Below are positions 10,031 to 25,000 of a stretch of DNA of 64,000 nt, piece by piece; positions within the stretch are counted from its first letter, which is position 1; each line of letters starts with the position of its first letter. The position numbers were made by a program, and so were the translations under genes. The notes under the pieces are model-generated. The model had not been told where the DNA came from, did no database searches, and saw only the letters and a list, made by a program, of their open reading frames with translations. Origin of the DNA: Eledone cirrhosa (taxonomy: Eukaryota); NCBI GenBank assembly GCA_964016885.1, contig OZ024752.1, forward strand, positions 21,638,001-21,702,000. The letters run 5' to 3'.

Positions 10031-13000
10031 TATATCATCTGTCACCCACCTTGTGGATTGGCTCTCTGTTGACCACTAGCCGCTGGTCTCTGTCCTCTCA
10101 GGAATTATATTCCATCAACTTGTTGACCCACCTTGTGGATTGTCTCTCTGTTGACCACTAGCCACTGGTCTCTGTCCTCTCAGGCATTATATTCCATCTA
10201 CTTGTTGACCCACCTTGTGGATTTTCTCTCTGTTGACCACTAGCCATTGGTCTCTGTCCTTTCAGGCATTATATTCCATCTACTTGTTGACCCACCTTGT
10301 GGATTGTCTCTCTGTTGACCACTGGCCACTGGTCTCTGTCCTCTCAGGAATTATATTCCATCAACTTGTTGACCCACCTTGTGGATTGTCTCTCTGTTGA
10401 CCACTAACCACTGATCTCTGTCCTCTCAGGCATTATATTCCATCCACTTGTTGACCCACCTTGTGGATTGTCTCTCTGTTGACCACTAACCACTGGTCTC
10501 TGTCCTCTCAGGCATTATATTCCATCTACTTGTTGACCCACTTTGTGTATTGTCTCTCTGTTGACCACTAGCCACTGGTCTCTGTCTTCTCAGGCATTAT
10601 ATTCCATATACTTTTGACCCACCTTGTGGATTGTCTCTCTGTTGACCACTAGCCACTGGTCTCTGTCCTCTCAGGCATTATATTCCATCTACTTGTTGAC
10701 CCACCTTGTGGATTTTCTCTCTGTTGACCACTAGCCATTGGTCTCTGTCCTCTCAGGCATTATATTCCATCTACTTGTTGACCCACCTTGTGGATTGTCT
10801 CTCTGTTGACCACTGGCCACTGGTCTCTGCCCTCTCAGGAATTATATTCCATCTACTTGTTGACCCACCTTGTGTTTTGTCTCTCTGTTGACCACTAGCC
10901 ACTGGTCTCTGTCTTCTCAGGCATTATATTCCATATACTTGTTGACCCACCTTGTGGATTGTCTCTCTGTTGACCACTGGCCACTGGTCTCTGTCCTCTA
11001 GGGCATTATATTCCATCTACTTGTTGACCCACCTTGTGGATTGTCTCTCTGTTGACCACTAGCCACTGGTCTCTGTCCTCTCAGGCATTATATTCCATCT
11101 ACTTGTTGACCCACCTTGTGGATTGTCTCTCTGTTGACCACTGGCCACTGGTCTCTGTCCTCTCAGGCATTATATTCCATCTACTTGTTGACCCACCTTG
11201 TGGATTGTCTCTCTGTTGACCACTAACCACTGGTCTCTGTCTTCTCAGGCATTATATTCCATCAACTTGTTGACCCACCTTGTGGATTGTCTCTCTGTTG
11301 ACCACTAACCACTGGTCTCTGTCCTCTCAGGTATTATATTCCATCAACTTGTTGACCCACCTTGTGGATTGTCTCTCTGTTGACCACTAGCCACTGGTCT
11401 CTGTCCTCTCAGGCATTATATTCCATCTACTTGTTGACCCACCTTGTGGATTGTCTCTCTGTTGACCACTAGCCATTGGTCTCTGTCTTCTGAGACATAT
11501 ATCATCTTCCTGTCACCCACCTTGTAGATTGTCTCTCTGTTGACCATTAGCCACTGGTCTCTGTCCTCTCACGCATTATATTCCATCCACTTGTTGACCC
11601 ACCTTGTGGATTGTCTCTCTGTTGACCACTAGCCACTGGTCTCTGTCCTCTCACGCATTATATTCCATCCACTTGTTGACCCACCTTGTGGATTGTCTCT
11701 GTTGACCACTAACCACTGGTCTCTGTCCTCTCACGCATTATATTCCATCCACTTGTTGACCCACCTTGTGGATTGTCTCTGTTGACCACTAACCACTGGT
11801 CTCTGTCCTCTAGGGCATTATATTCCATCTAATTGTTGACCCACCTTGTGGATTGTCTCTCTGTTGACCACTAGCCACTGGTCTCTGTCCTCTGAGACAT
11901 TATATTCCATCTACTTGTTGACCCACCTTGTGGATTGTCTCTCTGTTGACCAATAGCCACTGGTCTCTGTCCTCTCGGGCATTATATTCCATCTAATTGT
12001 TGACCCACCTTGTGGATTGTCTCTCTGTTGACCACTAGCCACTGGTCTCTGTCCTCTCACGCATTATATTCCATCCACTTGTTGACCCACCTTGTGGATT
12101 GTCTCTGTTGACCACTAACCACTGGTCTCTGTCTTCTCAGGCATTATATTCCATCAACTTGTTGACCCACCTTGTGGATTGTCTCTCTGTTGACCACTAG
12201 CCACTGGTCTCTGTCCTCTCAGGCATTATATTCCATCTACTTGTTGACCCACCTTGTGGATTGTCTCTCTGTTGACCACTAGCCACTGGTCTCTGTCCTC
12301 TCACGCATTATATTCCATCCACTTGTTGACCCACCTTGTGGATTGTCTCTGTTGACCACTAACCACTGGTCTCTGTCCTCTCAGGCATTATATTCCATCT
12401 ACTTGTTGACCCACCTTGTGGATTGTCTCTCTGTTGACCACTAGCCACTGGTCTCTGTCCTCTCAGGCATTATATTCCATCTACTTGTTGACCCACCTTG
12501 TGGATTGTCTCTCTGTTGACCACTAACCACTGGTCTCTGTCCTCTCAGGCATTATATTCCATCTACTTGTTGACCCACCTTGTGGATTGTCTCTCTGTTG
12601 ACCACTAACCACTGGTCTCTGTCCTCTCAGGCATTATATTCCATCTACTTGTTGACCCACCTTGTGGATTGTCTCTCTGTTGACCACTAACCACTGGTCT
12701 CTGTCTTCTCAGGCATTATATTCCATCAACTTGTTGACCCACCTTGTGGATTGTCTCTCTGTTGACCACTAGCCACTGGTCTCTGTCCTCTCACGCATTA
12801 TATTCCATCTACTTGTTGACCCACCTTGTGGATTGTCTCTCTGTTGACCACTAGCCACTGGTCTCTGTCCTCTCAAGCATTATATTCCATCTACTTGTTG
12901 ACCCACCTTGTGGATTGTCTCTCTGTTGACCACTAGCCATTGGTCTCTGTCTTCTGAGACATATATCATCTACCTGTCACCCACCTTGTAGATTGTCTCT

Positions 13001-16000
13001 CTGTTGACCACTAACCACTGGTCTCTGTCCTCTCAGGCATTATATTCCATCTACTTGTTGACCCACCTTGTGGATTGTCTCTCTGTTGACCACTAACCAC
13101 TGGTCTCTGTCCTCTCAGGCATTATATTCCATCTACTTGTTGACCCACCTTGTGGATTGTCTCTCTGTTGACCACTAACCACTGGTCTCTGTCTTCTCAG
13201 GCATTATATTCCATCAACTTGTTGACCCACCTTGTGGATTGTCTCTCTGTTGACCACTAACCACTGGTCTCTGTCCTCTCAGGTATTATATTCCATCAAC
13301 TTGTTGACCCACCTTGTGGATTGTCTCTCTGTTGACCACTAGCCACTGGTCTCTGTCCTCTCAGGCATTATATTCCATCTACTTGTTGACCCACCTTGTG
13401 GATTGTCTCTCTGTTGACCACTAGCCATTGGTCTCTGTCCTCTGAGACATATATCATCTGTCACCCACATTGTGGATTGTCTCTCTGTTGACCACTAGCC
13501 ATTGGTCTCTGTCTTCTGAGACATATATCATCTTCCTGTCACCCACCTTGTAGATTGTCTCTCTGTTGACCATTAGCCACTGGTCTCTGTCCTCTGAGAC
13601 ATTATATTCCATCAACTTGTTGACCCACCTTGTGGATTGTCTCTCTGTTGACCACTAGCCACTGGTCTCTGTCCTCTCAGGCATTATATTCCATCTACTT
13701 GTTGACCCACCTTGTGGATTGTCTCTCTGTTGACCACTAGCCATTGGTCTCTGTCCTCTGAGACATATATCATCTGTCACCCACATTGTGGATTGTCTCT
13801 CTGTTGACCACTAGCCATTGGTCTCTGTCTTCTGAGACATATATCATCTTCCTGTCACCCACCTTGTAGATTGTCTCTCTGTTGACCATTAGCCACTGGT
13901 CTCTGTCCTCTGAGACATTATATTCCATCTACTTGTTGACCCACCTTGTGGATTGTCTCTCTGTTGACCAATAGCCACTGGTCTCTGTCCTCTCGGGCAT
14001 TATATTCCATCTAATTGTTGACCCACCTTGTGGATTGTCTCTCTGTTGACCACTAGCCACTGGTCTCTGTCCTCTCACGCATTATATTCCATCCACTTGT
14101 TGACCCACCTTGTGGATTGTCTCTGTTGACCACTAACCACTGGTCTCTGTCCTCTAGGGCATTATATTCCATCTAATTGTTGACCCACCTTGTGGATTGT
14201 CTCTCTGTTGACCACTGGCCACTGGTCTCTGTCCTCTGAGACATTATATTCCATCTACTTGTTGACCCACCTTGTGGATTGTCTCTCTGTTGACCACTGG
14301 CCACTGGTCTCTGTCCTCTGAGACATTATATTCCATCTACTTGTTGACCCACCTTGTGGATTGTCTCTCTGTTGACCAATAGCCACTGGTCTCTGTCCTC
14401 TCGGGCATTATATTCCATCTAATTGTTGACCCACCTTGTGGATTGTCTCTCTGTTGACCACTAGCCACTGGTCTCTGTCCTCTCACGCATTATATTCCAT
14501 CCACTTGTTGACCCACCTTGTGGATTGTCTCTGTTGACCACTAACCACTGGTCTCTGTCTTCTCAGGCATTATATTCCATCAACTTGTTGACCCACCTTG
14601 TGGATTGTCTCTCTGTTGACCACTAGCCACTGGTCTCTGTCTTCTCAGGCATTATATTCCATCCACTTGTTGACCCACCTTGTGGATTGTCTCTGTTGAC
14701 CACTAGCCACTGGTCTCTGTCCTCTCAGGCATTATATTCCATCTACTTGTTGACCCACCTTGTGGATTGTCTCTGTTGACCACTAGCCACTGGTCTCTGT
14801 CCTCTCACGCATTATATTCCATCCACTTGTTGACCCACCTTGTGGATTGTCTCTGTTGACCACTAACCACTGGTCTCTGTCTTCTCAGGCATTATATTCC
14901 ATCAACTTGTTGACCCACCTTGTGGATTGTCTCTCTGTTGACCACTAACCACTGGTCTCTGTCTTCTCAGGCATTATATTCCATCCACTTGTTGACCCAC
15001 CTTGTGGATTGTCTCTCTGTTGACCACTAACCACTGGTCTCTGTCCTCTCAGGCATTATATTCCATCTACTTGTTGACCCACCTTGTGGATTGTCTCTCT
15101 GTTGACCACTGGCCACTGGTCTCTGCCCTCTCAGGCATTATATTCCATCTACTTGTTGACCCACCTTGTGGATTGTCTCTCTGTTGACCACTAACCACTG
15201 GTCTCTGTCTTCTCAGGCATTATATTCCATCAACTTGTTGACCCACCTTGTGGATTGTCTCTCTGTTGACCACTAGCCACTGGTCTCTGTCCTCTCACGC
15301 ATTATATTCCATCTACTTGTTGACCCACCTTGTGGATTGTCTCTCTGTTGACCACTAGCCACTGGTCTCTGTCCTCTCAAGCATTATATTCCATCTACTT
15401 GTTGACCCACCTTGTGGATTGTCTCTCTGTTGACCACTAGCCATTGGTCTCTGTCTTCTGAGACATATATCATCTACCTGTCACCCACCTTGTAGATTGT
15501 CTCTCTGTTGACCACTAGCCACTGGTCTCTGTCCTCTCAGGCATTATATTCCATCTACTTGTTGACCCACCTTGTGGATTGTCTCTCTGTTGACCACTGG
15601 CCGCTGGTCTTTGTCCTCTCAGGCATTATATTCCATCTACTTGTTGACCCACCTTATGGATTGTTTCTCTGTTGACCACTGGCCGCTGGTCTTTGTCCTC
15701 TCAGGCATTATATTCCATCTACTTGTTGACCCACCTTGTGGATTGTCTCTCTGTTGACCACTGGCCGCTGGTCTCTGTCTTCTCAGGCATTATATTCCAT
15801 CTACTTGTTGACCCACCTTGTGGATTGTCTCTCTGTTGACCACTGGCCGCTGGTCTCTGTCTTCTCAGGCATTATGTTCCATCTACTTGTTGACCCACCT
15901 TGTGGATTGTCTCTCTGTTGACCACTGGCCACTGGTCTCTGTCCTCTCAGGCATGATATTCCATCTACTTGTTGATCCACCTTGTGGATTGTCTCTCTGT

Positions 16001-19000
16001 TGACCACTAACCACTGGTCTCTGTCCTCTCACGCATTATATTCCATCCACTTGTTGACCCACCTTGTGGATTGTCTCTCTGTTGACCACTAGCCACTGGT
16101 CTCTGTCCTCTCAGGCATGATATTCCATCTACTTGTTGATCCACCTTGTGGATTGTCTCTCTGTTGACCACAGGCCACTGGTCTCTGTCCTCTCGGGCAT
16201 TATATTCCATCTACTTGTTGACCCACCTTGTGGATTGTCTCTCTGTTGACCACTAACCACTGGTCTCTGTCTTCTCAGGCATTATATTCTATCAACTTGT
16301 TGACCCACCTTGTGGATTGTCTCTCTGTTGACCACTAACCACTGGTCTCTGTCCTCTCAGGCATTATATTCCATCAACTTGTTGACCCACCTTGTGGATT
16401 GTCTCTCTGTTGACCACTAGCCACTGGTCTCTGTCCTCTCACGCATTATATTCCATCCACTTGTTGACCCACCTTGTGGATTGTCTCTGTTGACCACTAA
16501 CCACTGGTCTCTGTCTTCTCAGGCATTATATTCCATCAACTTGTTGACCCACCTTGTGGATTGTCTCTCTGTTGACCACTAACCACTGGTCTCTGTCTTC
16601 TCAGGCATTATATTCCATCTACTTGTTGACCCACCCTTGTGGATTGTCTCTCTGTTGACCACTAACCACTGGTCTCTGTCCTCTCGAGCATCATATTCCA
16701 TCTACTTGTTGACCCACCTTGTGGATTGTCTCTCAGTTGACCACTAGCCATTGGTCTCTGTCTTCTGAGACATATATCATCTTCCTGTCACCCACCTTGT
16801 AGATTGTCTCTCTGTTGACCATTAGCCACTTGTCTCTGTCCTCTGAGACATTATATTCCATCTACTTGTTGACCCACCTTGTGGATTGTCTCTCTGTTGA
16901 CCACTAACCACTGGTCTCTGTCCTCTCAAGCATTATATTCCATCTACTTGTTGACCCACCTTATGGATTGTTTCTCTGTTGACCACTGGCCGCTGGTCTT
17001 TGTCCTCTCAGGCATTATATTCCATCTACTTGTTGACCCACCTTGTGGATTGTCTCTATGTTGACCACTGGCCGCTGGTCTCTGTCTTCTCAGGCATTAT
17101 ATTCCATCTACTTGTTGACCCACCTTGTGGATTGTCTCTCTGTTGACCACTAACCACTGGTCTCTGTCTTCTCAGGCATTATATTCCATCAACTTGTTGA
17201 CCCACCTTGTGGATTGTCTCTCTGTTGACCACTAACCACTGGTCTCTGTCTTCTCAGGCATTATATTCCATCTACTTGTTGACCCACCTTATGGATTGTT
17301 TCTCTGTTGACCACTGGCCGCTGGTCTTTGTCCTCTCAGGCATTATATTCCATCTACTTGTTGACCCACCTTGTGGATTGTCTCTATGTTGACCACTGGC
17401 CGCTGGTCTCTGTCTTCTCAGGCATTATATTCCATCTACTTGTTGACCCACCTTGTGGATTGTCTCTCTGTTGACCACTGGCCGCTGGTCTCTGTCTTCT
17501 CAGGCATTATATTCCATATACTTGTTGACCCACCTTGTGGATTGTCTCTCTGTTGACCACTAACCACTGGTCTCTGTCTTCTCAGGCATTATATTCCATC
17601 TACTTGTTGACCCACCTTGTGGATTGTCTCTCTGTTGACCACTAGCCACTGGTCTCTGTCCTCTCAGGCATTATATTCCATCTACTTGTTGACCCACCTT
17701 GTGGATTGTCTCTCTGTTGACCACTAGCCATTGGTCTCTGTCCTCTGAGACATATATCATCTGTCCCCCACATTGTGGATTGTCTCTCTGTTGACCACTA
17801 GCCATTGGTCTCTGTCTTCTGAGACATATATCATCTACCTGTCACCCACCTTGTAGATTGTCTCTCTGTTGACCATTAGCCACTGGTCTCTGTCCTCTGA
17901 GACATTATATTCCATCTACTTGTTGACCCACCTTGTGGATTGTCTCTCTGTTGATCACTAACCACTGGTCTCTGTCCTCTCAAGCATTATATTCCATCTA
18001 CTTGTTGACCCACATTATGGATTGTTTCTCTGTTGACCACTGGCCGCTGGTCTTTGTCCTCTCATGCATTATATTCCATCTACTTGTTGACCCACCTTGT
18101 GGATTGTCTCTCTGTTGACCACTGGCCGCTGGTCTCTGTCTTCTCAGGCATTATACTCAATCTACTTGTTGACCCACCTTGTGGTTTGTCTCTCTGTTGG
18201 CCGCTGGTCTCTGTCTTCTCAGGCATTATATTCCATCTATTTGTTGACCCATCTTGTGGATTGTCTCTCTGTTGACCACTGGCCACTGGTCTCTGTCCTC
18301 TCAGGCATTATATTCCATCTACTTGTTGACCCACCTTGTGGATTGTCTCTCTGTTGACCACTAACCACTGGTCTCTGTCTTCTCAGGCATTATATTCCAT
18401 CAACTTGTTGACCCACCTTGTGGATTGTCTCTCTGTTGACCACTAGCCACTGGTCTCTGTCCTCTCACGCATTATATTCCATCCACTTGTTGACCCACCT
18501 TGTGGATTGTCTCTGTTGACCACTAACCACTGGTCTCTGTCTTCTCAGGCATTATATTCCATCAACTTGTTGACCCACCTTGTGGATTGTCTCTCTGTTG
18601 ACCACTAGCCACTGGTCTCTGTCCTCTCACGCATTATATTCCATCCACTTGTTGACCCACCTTGTGGATTGTCTCTGTTGACCACTAGCCACTGGTCTCT
18701 GTCCTCTCAGGCATTATATTCCATCTACTTGTTGACCCACCTTGTGGATTGTCTCTCTGTTGACCACTAGCCATTGGTCTCTGTCCTCTCAGGCATTATA
18801 TTCCATCTAATTGTTGACCCACCTTGTGGATTGTCTCTCTGTTGACCACTAGCCATTGGTCTCTGTCCTCTCAGGCATTATATTCCATCTACTTGTTGAC
18901 CCACCTTGTGGATTGTCTCTCTGTTGACCACTAACCACTGGTCTCTGTCCTTTCAAGCATTATATTCCATCTACTTGTTGACCCACCTTATGGATTGTAT

Positions 19001-22000
19001 CTCTGTTGACCACTGGCCGCTGGTCTCTGTCCTCTCAGGCATGATATTCCCTCTACTTGTTGATCCACCTTGTGGATTGTCTCTCTGTTGACCACTGGCC
19101 ACTGGTCTCTGTCTTCTCAGGCATTATATTCCATCTACTTGTTGACCCACCTTGTGGATTGTCTCTCTGTTGACCACTAACCACTGGTCTCTGTCTTCTC
19201 AGGCATTATATTCCATCTACTTGTTGACCCACCTTATGGATTGTCTCTCTGTTGACCACTAGCCGCTGGTCTCTGTCCTCTCAGGCATTATATTCCATCT
19301 ACTTGTTGACCCACCTTGTGGATTGTCTCTCTGTTGACCACTAACCACTGGTCTCTGTCTTCTCAGGCATTATATTCCATCAACTTGTTGACCCACCTTG
19401 TGGATTGTCTCTCTGTTGACCACTAACCACTGGTCTCTGTCCTCTCAGGTATTATATTCCATCAACTTGTTGACCCACCTTGTGGATTGTCTCTCTGTTG
19501 ACCACTAGCCACTGGTCTCTGTCCTCTCAGGCATTATATTCCATCTACTTGTTGACCCACCTTGTGGATTGTCTCTCTGTTGACCACTAGCCATTGGTCT
19601 CTGTCCTCTGAGACATATATCATCTGTCACCCACATTGTGGATTGTCTCTCTGTTGACCACTAGCCATTGGTCTCTGTCTTCTGAGACATATATCATCTT
19701 CCTGTCACCCACCTTGTAGATTGTCTCTCTGTTGACCATTAGCCACTGGTCTCTGTCCTCTGAGACATTATATTCCATCTACTTGTTGACCCACCTTGTG
19801 GATTGTCTCTCTGTTGACCAATAGCCACTGGTCTCTGTCCTCTCGGGCATTATATTCCATCTAATTGTTGACCCACCTTGTGGATTGTCTCTCTGTTGAC
19901 CACTAGCCACTGGTCTCTGTCCTCTCACGCATTATATTCCATCCACTTGTTGACCCACCTTGTGGATTGTCTCTGTTGACCACTAACCACTGGTCTCTGT
20001 CCTCTAGGGCATTATATTCCCTCTAATTGTTGACCCACCTTGTGGATTGTCTCTCTGTTGACCACTAGCCACTGGTCTCTGTCCTCTGAGACATTATATT
20101 CCATCTACTTGTTGACCCACCTTGTGGATTGTCTCTCTGTTGACCAATAGCCACTGGTCTCTGTCCTCTCGGGCATTATATTCCATCTAATTGTTGACCC
20201 ACCTTGTGGATTGTCTCTCTGTTGACCACTAGCCACTGGTCTCTGTCCTCTCACGCATTATATTCCATCCACTTGTTGACCCACCTTGTGGATTGTCTCT
20301 GTTGACCACTAACCACTGGTCTCTGTCTTCTCAGGCATTATATTCCATCAACTTGTTGACCCACCTTGTGGATTGTCTCTCTGTTGACCACTAGCCACTG
20401 GTCTCTGTCCTCTCAGGCATTATATTCCATCTACTTGTTGACCCACCTTGTGGATTGTCTCTCTGTTGACCACTAGCCACTGGTCTCTGTCCTCTCACGC
20501 ATTATATTCCATCCACTTGTTGACCCACCTTGTGGATTGTCTCTGTTGACCACTAACCACTGGTCTCTGTCCTCTCAGGCATTATATTCCATCTACTTGT
20601 TGACCCACCTTGTGGATTGTCTCTCTGTTGACCACTAGCCACTGGTCTCTGTCCTCTCAGGCATTATATTCCATCTACTTGTTGACCCACCTTGTGGATT
20701 GTCTCTCTGTTGACCACTAGCCACTGGTCTCTGTCCTCTCAGGCATTATATTCCATCTACTTGTTGACCCACCTTGTGGATTGTCTCTCTGTTGACCACT
20801 AACCACTGGTCTCTGTCCTCTCAGGCATTATATTCCATCTACCTTTTGACCCACCTTGTGGATTGTCTCTCTGTTGACCACTAACCACTGGTCTCTGTCC
20901 TCTCAGGCATTATATTCCATCTACTTGTTGACCCACCTTGTGGATTGTCTCTCTGTTGACCACTAACCACTGGTCTCTGTCTTCTCAGGCATTATATTCC
21001 ATCAACTTGTTGACCCACCTTGTGGATTGTCTCTCTGTTGACCACTAGCCACTGGTCTCTGTCCTCTCACGCATTATATTCCATCTACTTGTTGACCCAC
21101 CTTGTGGATTGTCTCTCTGTTGACCACTAGCCACTGGTCTCTGTCCTCTCAGGCATTATATTCCATCTACTTGTTGACCCACCTTGTGGATTGTCTCTCT
21201 GTTGACCACTAGCCATTGGTCTCTGTCTTCTGAGACATATATCATCTACCTGTCACCCACCTTGTAGATTGTCTCTCTGTTGACCACTGGCCGCTGGTCT
21301 TTGTCCTCTCAGGCATTATATTCCATCTACTTGTTGACCCACCTTGTGGATTGTCTCTCTGTTGACCACTGGCCGCTGGTCTCTGTCTTCTCAGGCATTA
21401 TATTCCATCTACTTGTTGACCCACCTTGTGGATTGTCTCTCTGTTGACCACTGGCCGCTGGTCTCTGTCTTCTCAGGCATTATGTTCCATCTACTTGTTG
21501 ACCCACCTTGTGGATTGTCTCTCTGTTGACCACTGGCCACTGGTCTCTGTCCTCTCAGGCATTATATTCCATTTACTTGTTGACCCACCTTGTGGATTGT
21601 CTCTCTGTTGACCACTAACCACTGGTCTCTGTCTTCTCAGGCATTATATTCCATCAACTTGTTGACCCACCTTGTGGATTGTCTCTCTGTTGACCACTAA
21701 CCACTGGTCTCTGTCCTCTCACGCATTATATTCCATCCACTTGTTGACCCACCTTGTGGATTGTCTCTCTGTTGACCACTAGCCACTGGTCTCTGTCCTC
21801 TCAGGCATGATATTCCATCTACTTGTTGATCCACCTTGTGGATTGTCTCTCTGTTGACCACAGGCCACTGGTCTCTGTCCTCTCGGGCATTATATTCCAT
21901 CTACTTGTTGACCCACCTTATGGATTGTCTCTCTGTTGACCACTAACCACTGGTCTCTGTCTTCTCAGGCATTATATTCTATCAACTTGTTGACCCACCT

Positions 22001-25000
22001 TGTGGATTGTCTCTCTGTTGACCACTAACCACTGGTCTCTGTCCTCTCAGGCATTATATTCCATCAACTTGTTGACCCACCTTGTGGATTGTCTCTCTGT
22101 TGACCACTAGCCACTGGTCTCTGTCCTCTCACGCATTATATTCCATCCACTTGTTGACCCACCTTGTGGATTGTCTCTGTTGACCACTAACCACTGGTCT
22201 CTGTCTTCTCAGGCATTATATTCCATCAACTTGTTGACCCACCTTGTGGATTGTCTCTCTGTTGACCACTAACCACTGGTCTCTGTCTTCTCAGGCATTA
22301 TATTCCATCTACTTGTTGACCCACCCTTGTGGATTGTCTCTCTGTTGACCACTAACCACTGGTCTCTGTCCTCTCGAGCATCATATTCCATCTACTTGTT
22401 GACCCACCTTGTGGATTGTCTCTCTGTTGACCACTAGCCATTGGTCTCTGTCTTCTGAGACATATATCATCTTCCTGTCACCCACCTTGTAGATTGTCTC
22501 TCTGTTGACCATTAGCCACTGGTCTCTGTCCTCTGAGACATTATATTCCATCTACTTGTTGACCCACCTTGTGGATTGTCTCTCTGTTGACCACTAACCA
22601 CTGGTCTCTGTCCTCTCAAGCATTATATTCCATCTACTTGTTGACCCACCTTATGGATTGTTTCTCTGTTGACCACTGGCCGCTGGTCTTTGTCCTCTCA
22701 GGCATTATATTCCATCTACTTGTTGACCCACCTTGTGGATTGTCTCTATGTTGACCACTGGCCGCTGGTCTCTGTCTTCTCAGGCATTATATTCCATCTA
22801 CTTGTTGACCCACCTTGTGGATTGTCTCTCTGTTGACCACTAACCACTGGTCTCTGTCTTCTCAGGCATTATATTCCATCAACTTGTTGACCCACCTTGT
22901 GGATTGTCTCTCTGTTGACCACTAACCACTGGTCTCTGTCTTCTCAGGCATTATATTCCATCTACTTGTTGACCCACCTTATGGATTGTTTCTCTGTTGA
23001 CCACTGGCCGCTGGTCTTTGTCCTCTCAGGCATTATATTCCATCTACTTGTTGACCCACCTTGTGGATTGTCTCTATGTTGACCACTGGCCGCTGGTCTC
23101 TGTCTTCTCAGGCATTATATTCCATCTACTTGTTGACCCACCTTGTGGATTGTCTCTCTGTTGACCACTGGCCGCTGGTCTCTGTCTTCTCAGGCATTAT
23201 ATTCCATATACTTGTTGACCCACCTTGTGGATTGTCTCTCTGTTGACCACTAGCCACTGGTCTCTGTCCTCTCAGGCATTATATTCCATCAACTTGTTGA
23301 CCCACCTTGTGGATTGTCTCTCTGTTGACCACTAGCCATTGGTCTCTGTCCTCTCAGGCATTATATTCCATCTACTTGTTGACCCACCTTGTGGATTGTC
23401 TCCCTGTTGACCACTGGCCACTGGTCTCTGTCCTCTCAGGAATTATATTCCATCAACTTGTTGACCCACCTTGTGGATTGTCTCTCTGTTGACCACTAAC
23501 CACTGATCTCTGTCCTCTCAGGCATTATATTCCATCCACTTGTTGACCCACCTTGTGTATTGTCTCTCTGTTGACCACTAGCCACTGGTCTCTGTCTTCT
23601 CAGGCATTATATTCCATATACTTGTTGACCCACCTTGTGTATTGTCTCTCTGTTGACCAATAGCCACTGGTCTCTGTCTTCTCAGGCATTATATTCCATA
23701 TACTTGTTGACCCACCTTGTGTATTGTCTCTCTGTTGACCACTAGCCACTGGTCTCTGTCTTCTCACGCATTATATTCCATCCACTTGTTGACCCACCTT
23801 GTGGATTGTCTCTCTGTTGACCACTGGCCACTGGTCTCTGTCCTCTAGGGCATTATATTCCATCTACTTGTTGACCCACCTTGTGGATTGTCTCTCTGTT
23901 GACCACTGGCCACTGGTCTCTGTCCTCTCAGGCATTATATTCCATCTACTTGTTGACCCACCTTGTGGATTGTCTCTCTGTTGACCAATAGCCACTGGTC
24001 TCTGTCCTCTCGGGCATTATATTCCATCTAATTGTTGACCCACCTTGTGGATTATCTCTCTGTTGACCACTAACCACTGGTCTCTGTCCTCTGAGACATT
24101 ATATTCCATCTACTTGTTGACCCACCTTGTGGATTGTCTCTCTGTTGACCAATAGCCACTGGTCTCTGTCCTCTCGGGCATTATATTCCATCTAATTGTT
24201 GACCCACCTTGTGGATTATCTCTCTGTTGACCACTATCCACTGGTCTCTGTCCTCTCACGCATTATATTCCATCAACTTGTTGACCCACCTTGTGGATTG
24301 TCTCTGTTGACCACTAACCACTGGTCTCTGTCTTCTCAGGCATTATATTCCATCTACTTGTTGACCCACCTTGTGGATTGTCTCTCTGTTGACCACTAGC
24401 CACTGGTCTCTGTCCTCTCAGGCATTATATTCCATCTACTTGTTGACCCACCTTGTGGATTGTCTCTCTGTTGACCACTAGCCATTGGTCTCTGTCCTCT
24501 GAGACATATATCATCTGTCCCCCACATTGTGGATTGTCTCTCTGTTGACCACTAGCCATTGGTCTCTGTCTTCTGAGACATATATCATCTACCTGTCACC
24601 CACCTTGTAGATTGTCTCTCTGTTGACCATTAGCCACTGGTCTCTGTCCTCTGAGACATTATATTCCATCTACTTGTTGACCCACCTTGTGGATTGTCTC
24701 TCTGTTGATCACTAACCACTGGTCTCTGTCCTCTCAGGCATTATATTCCATCTACTTGTTGACCCACATTATGGATTGTTTCTCTGTTGACCACTGGCCG
24801 CTGGTCTTTGTCCTCTCATGCATTATATTCCATCTACTTGTTGACCCACCTTGTGGATTGTCTCTCTGTTGACCACTGGCCGCTGGTCTCTGTCTTCTCA
24901 GGCATTATACTCAATCTACTTGTTGACCCACCTTGTGGTTTGTCTCTCTGTTGGCCGCTGGTCTCTGTCTTCTCAGGCATTATATTCCATCTATTTGTTG

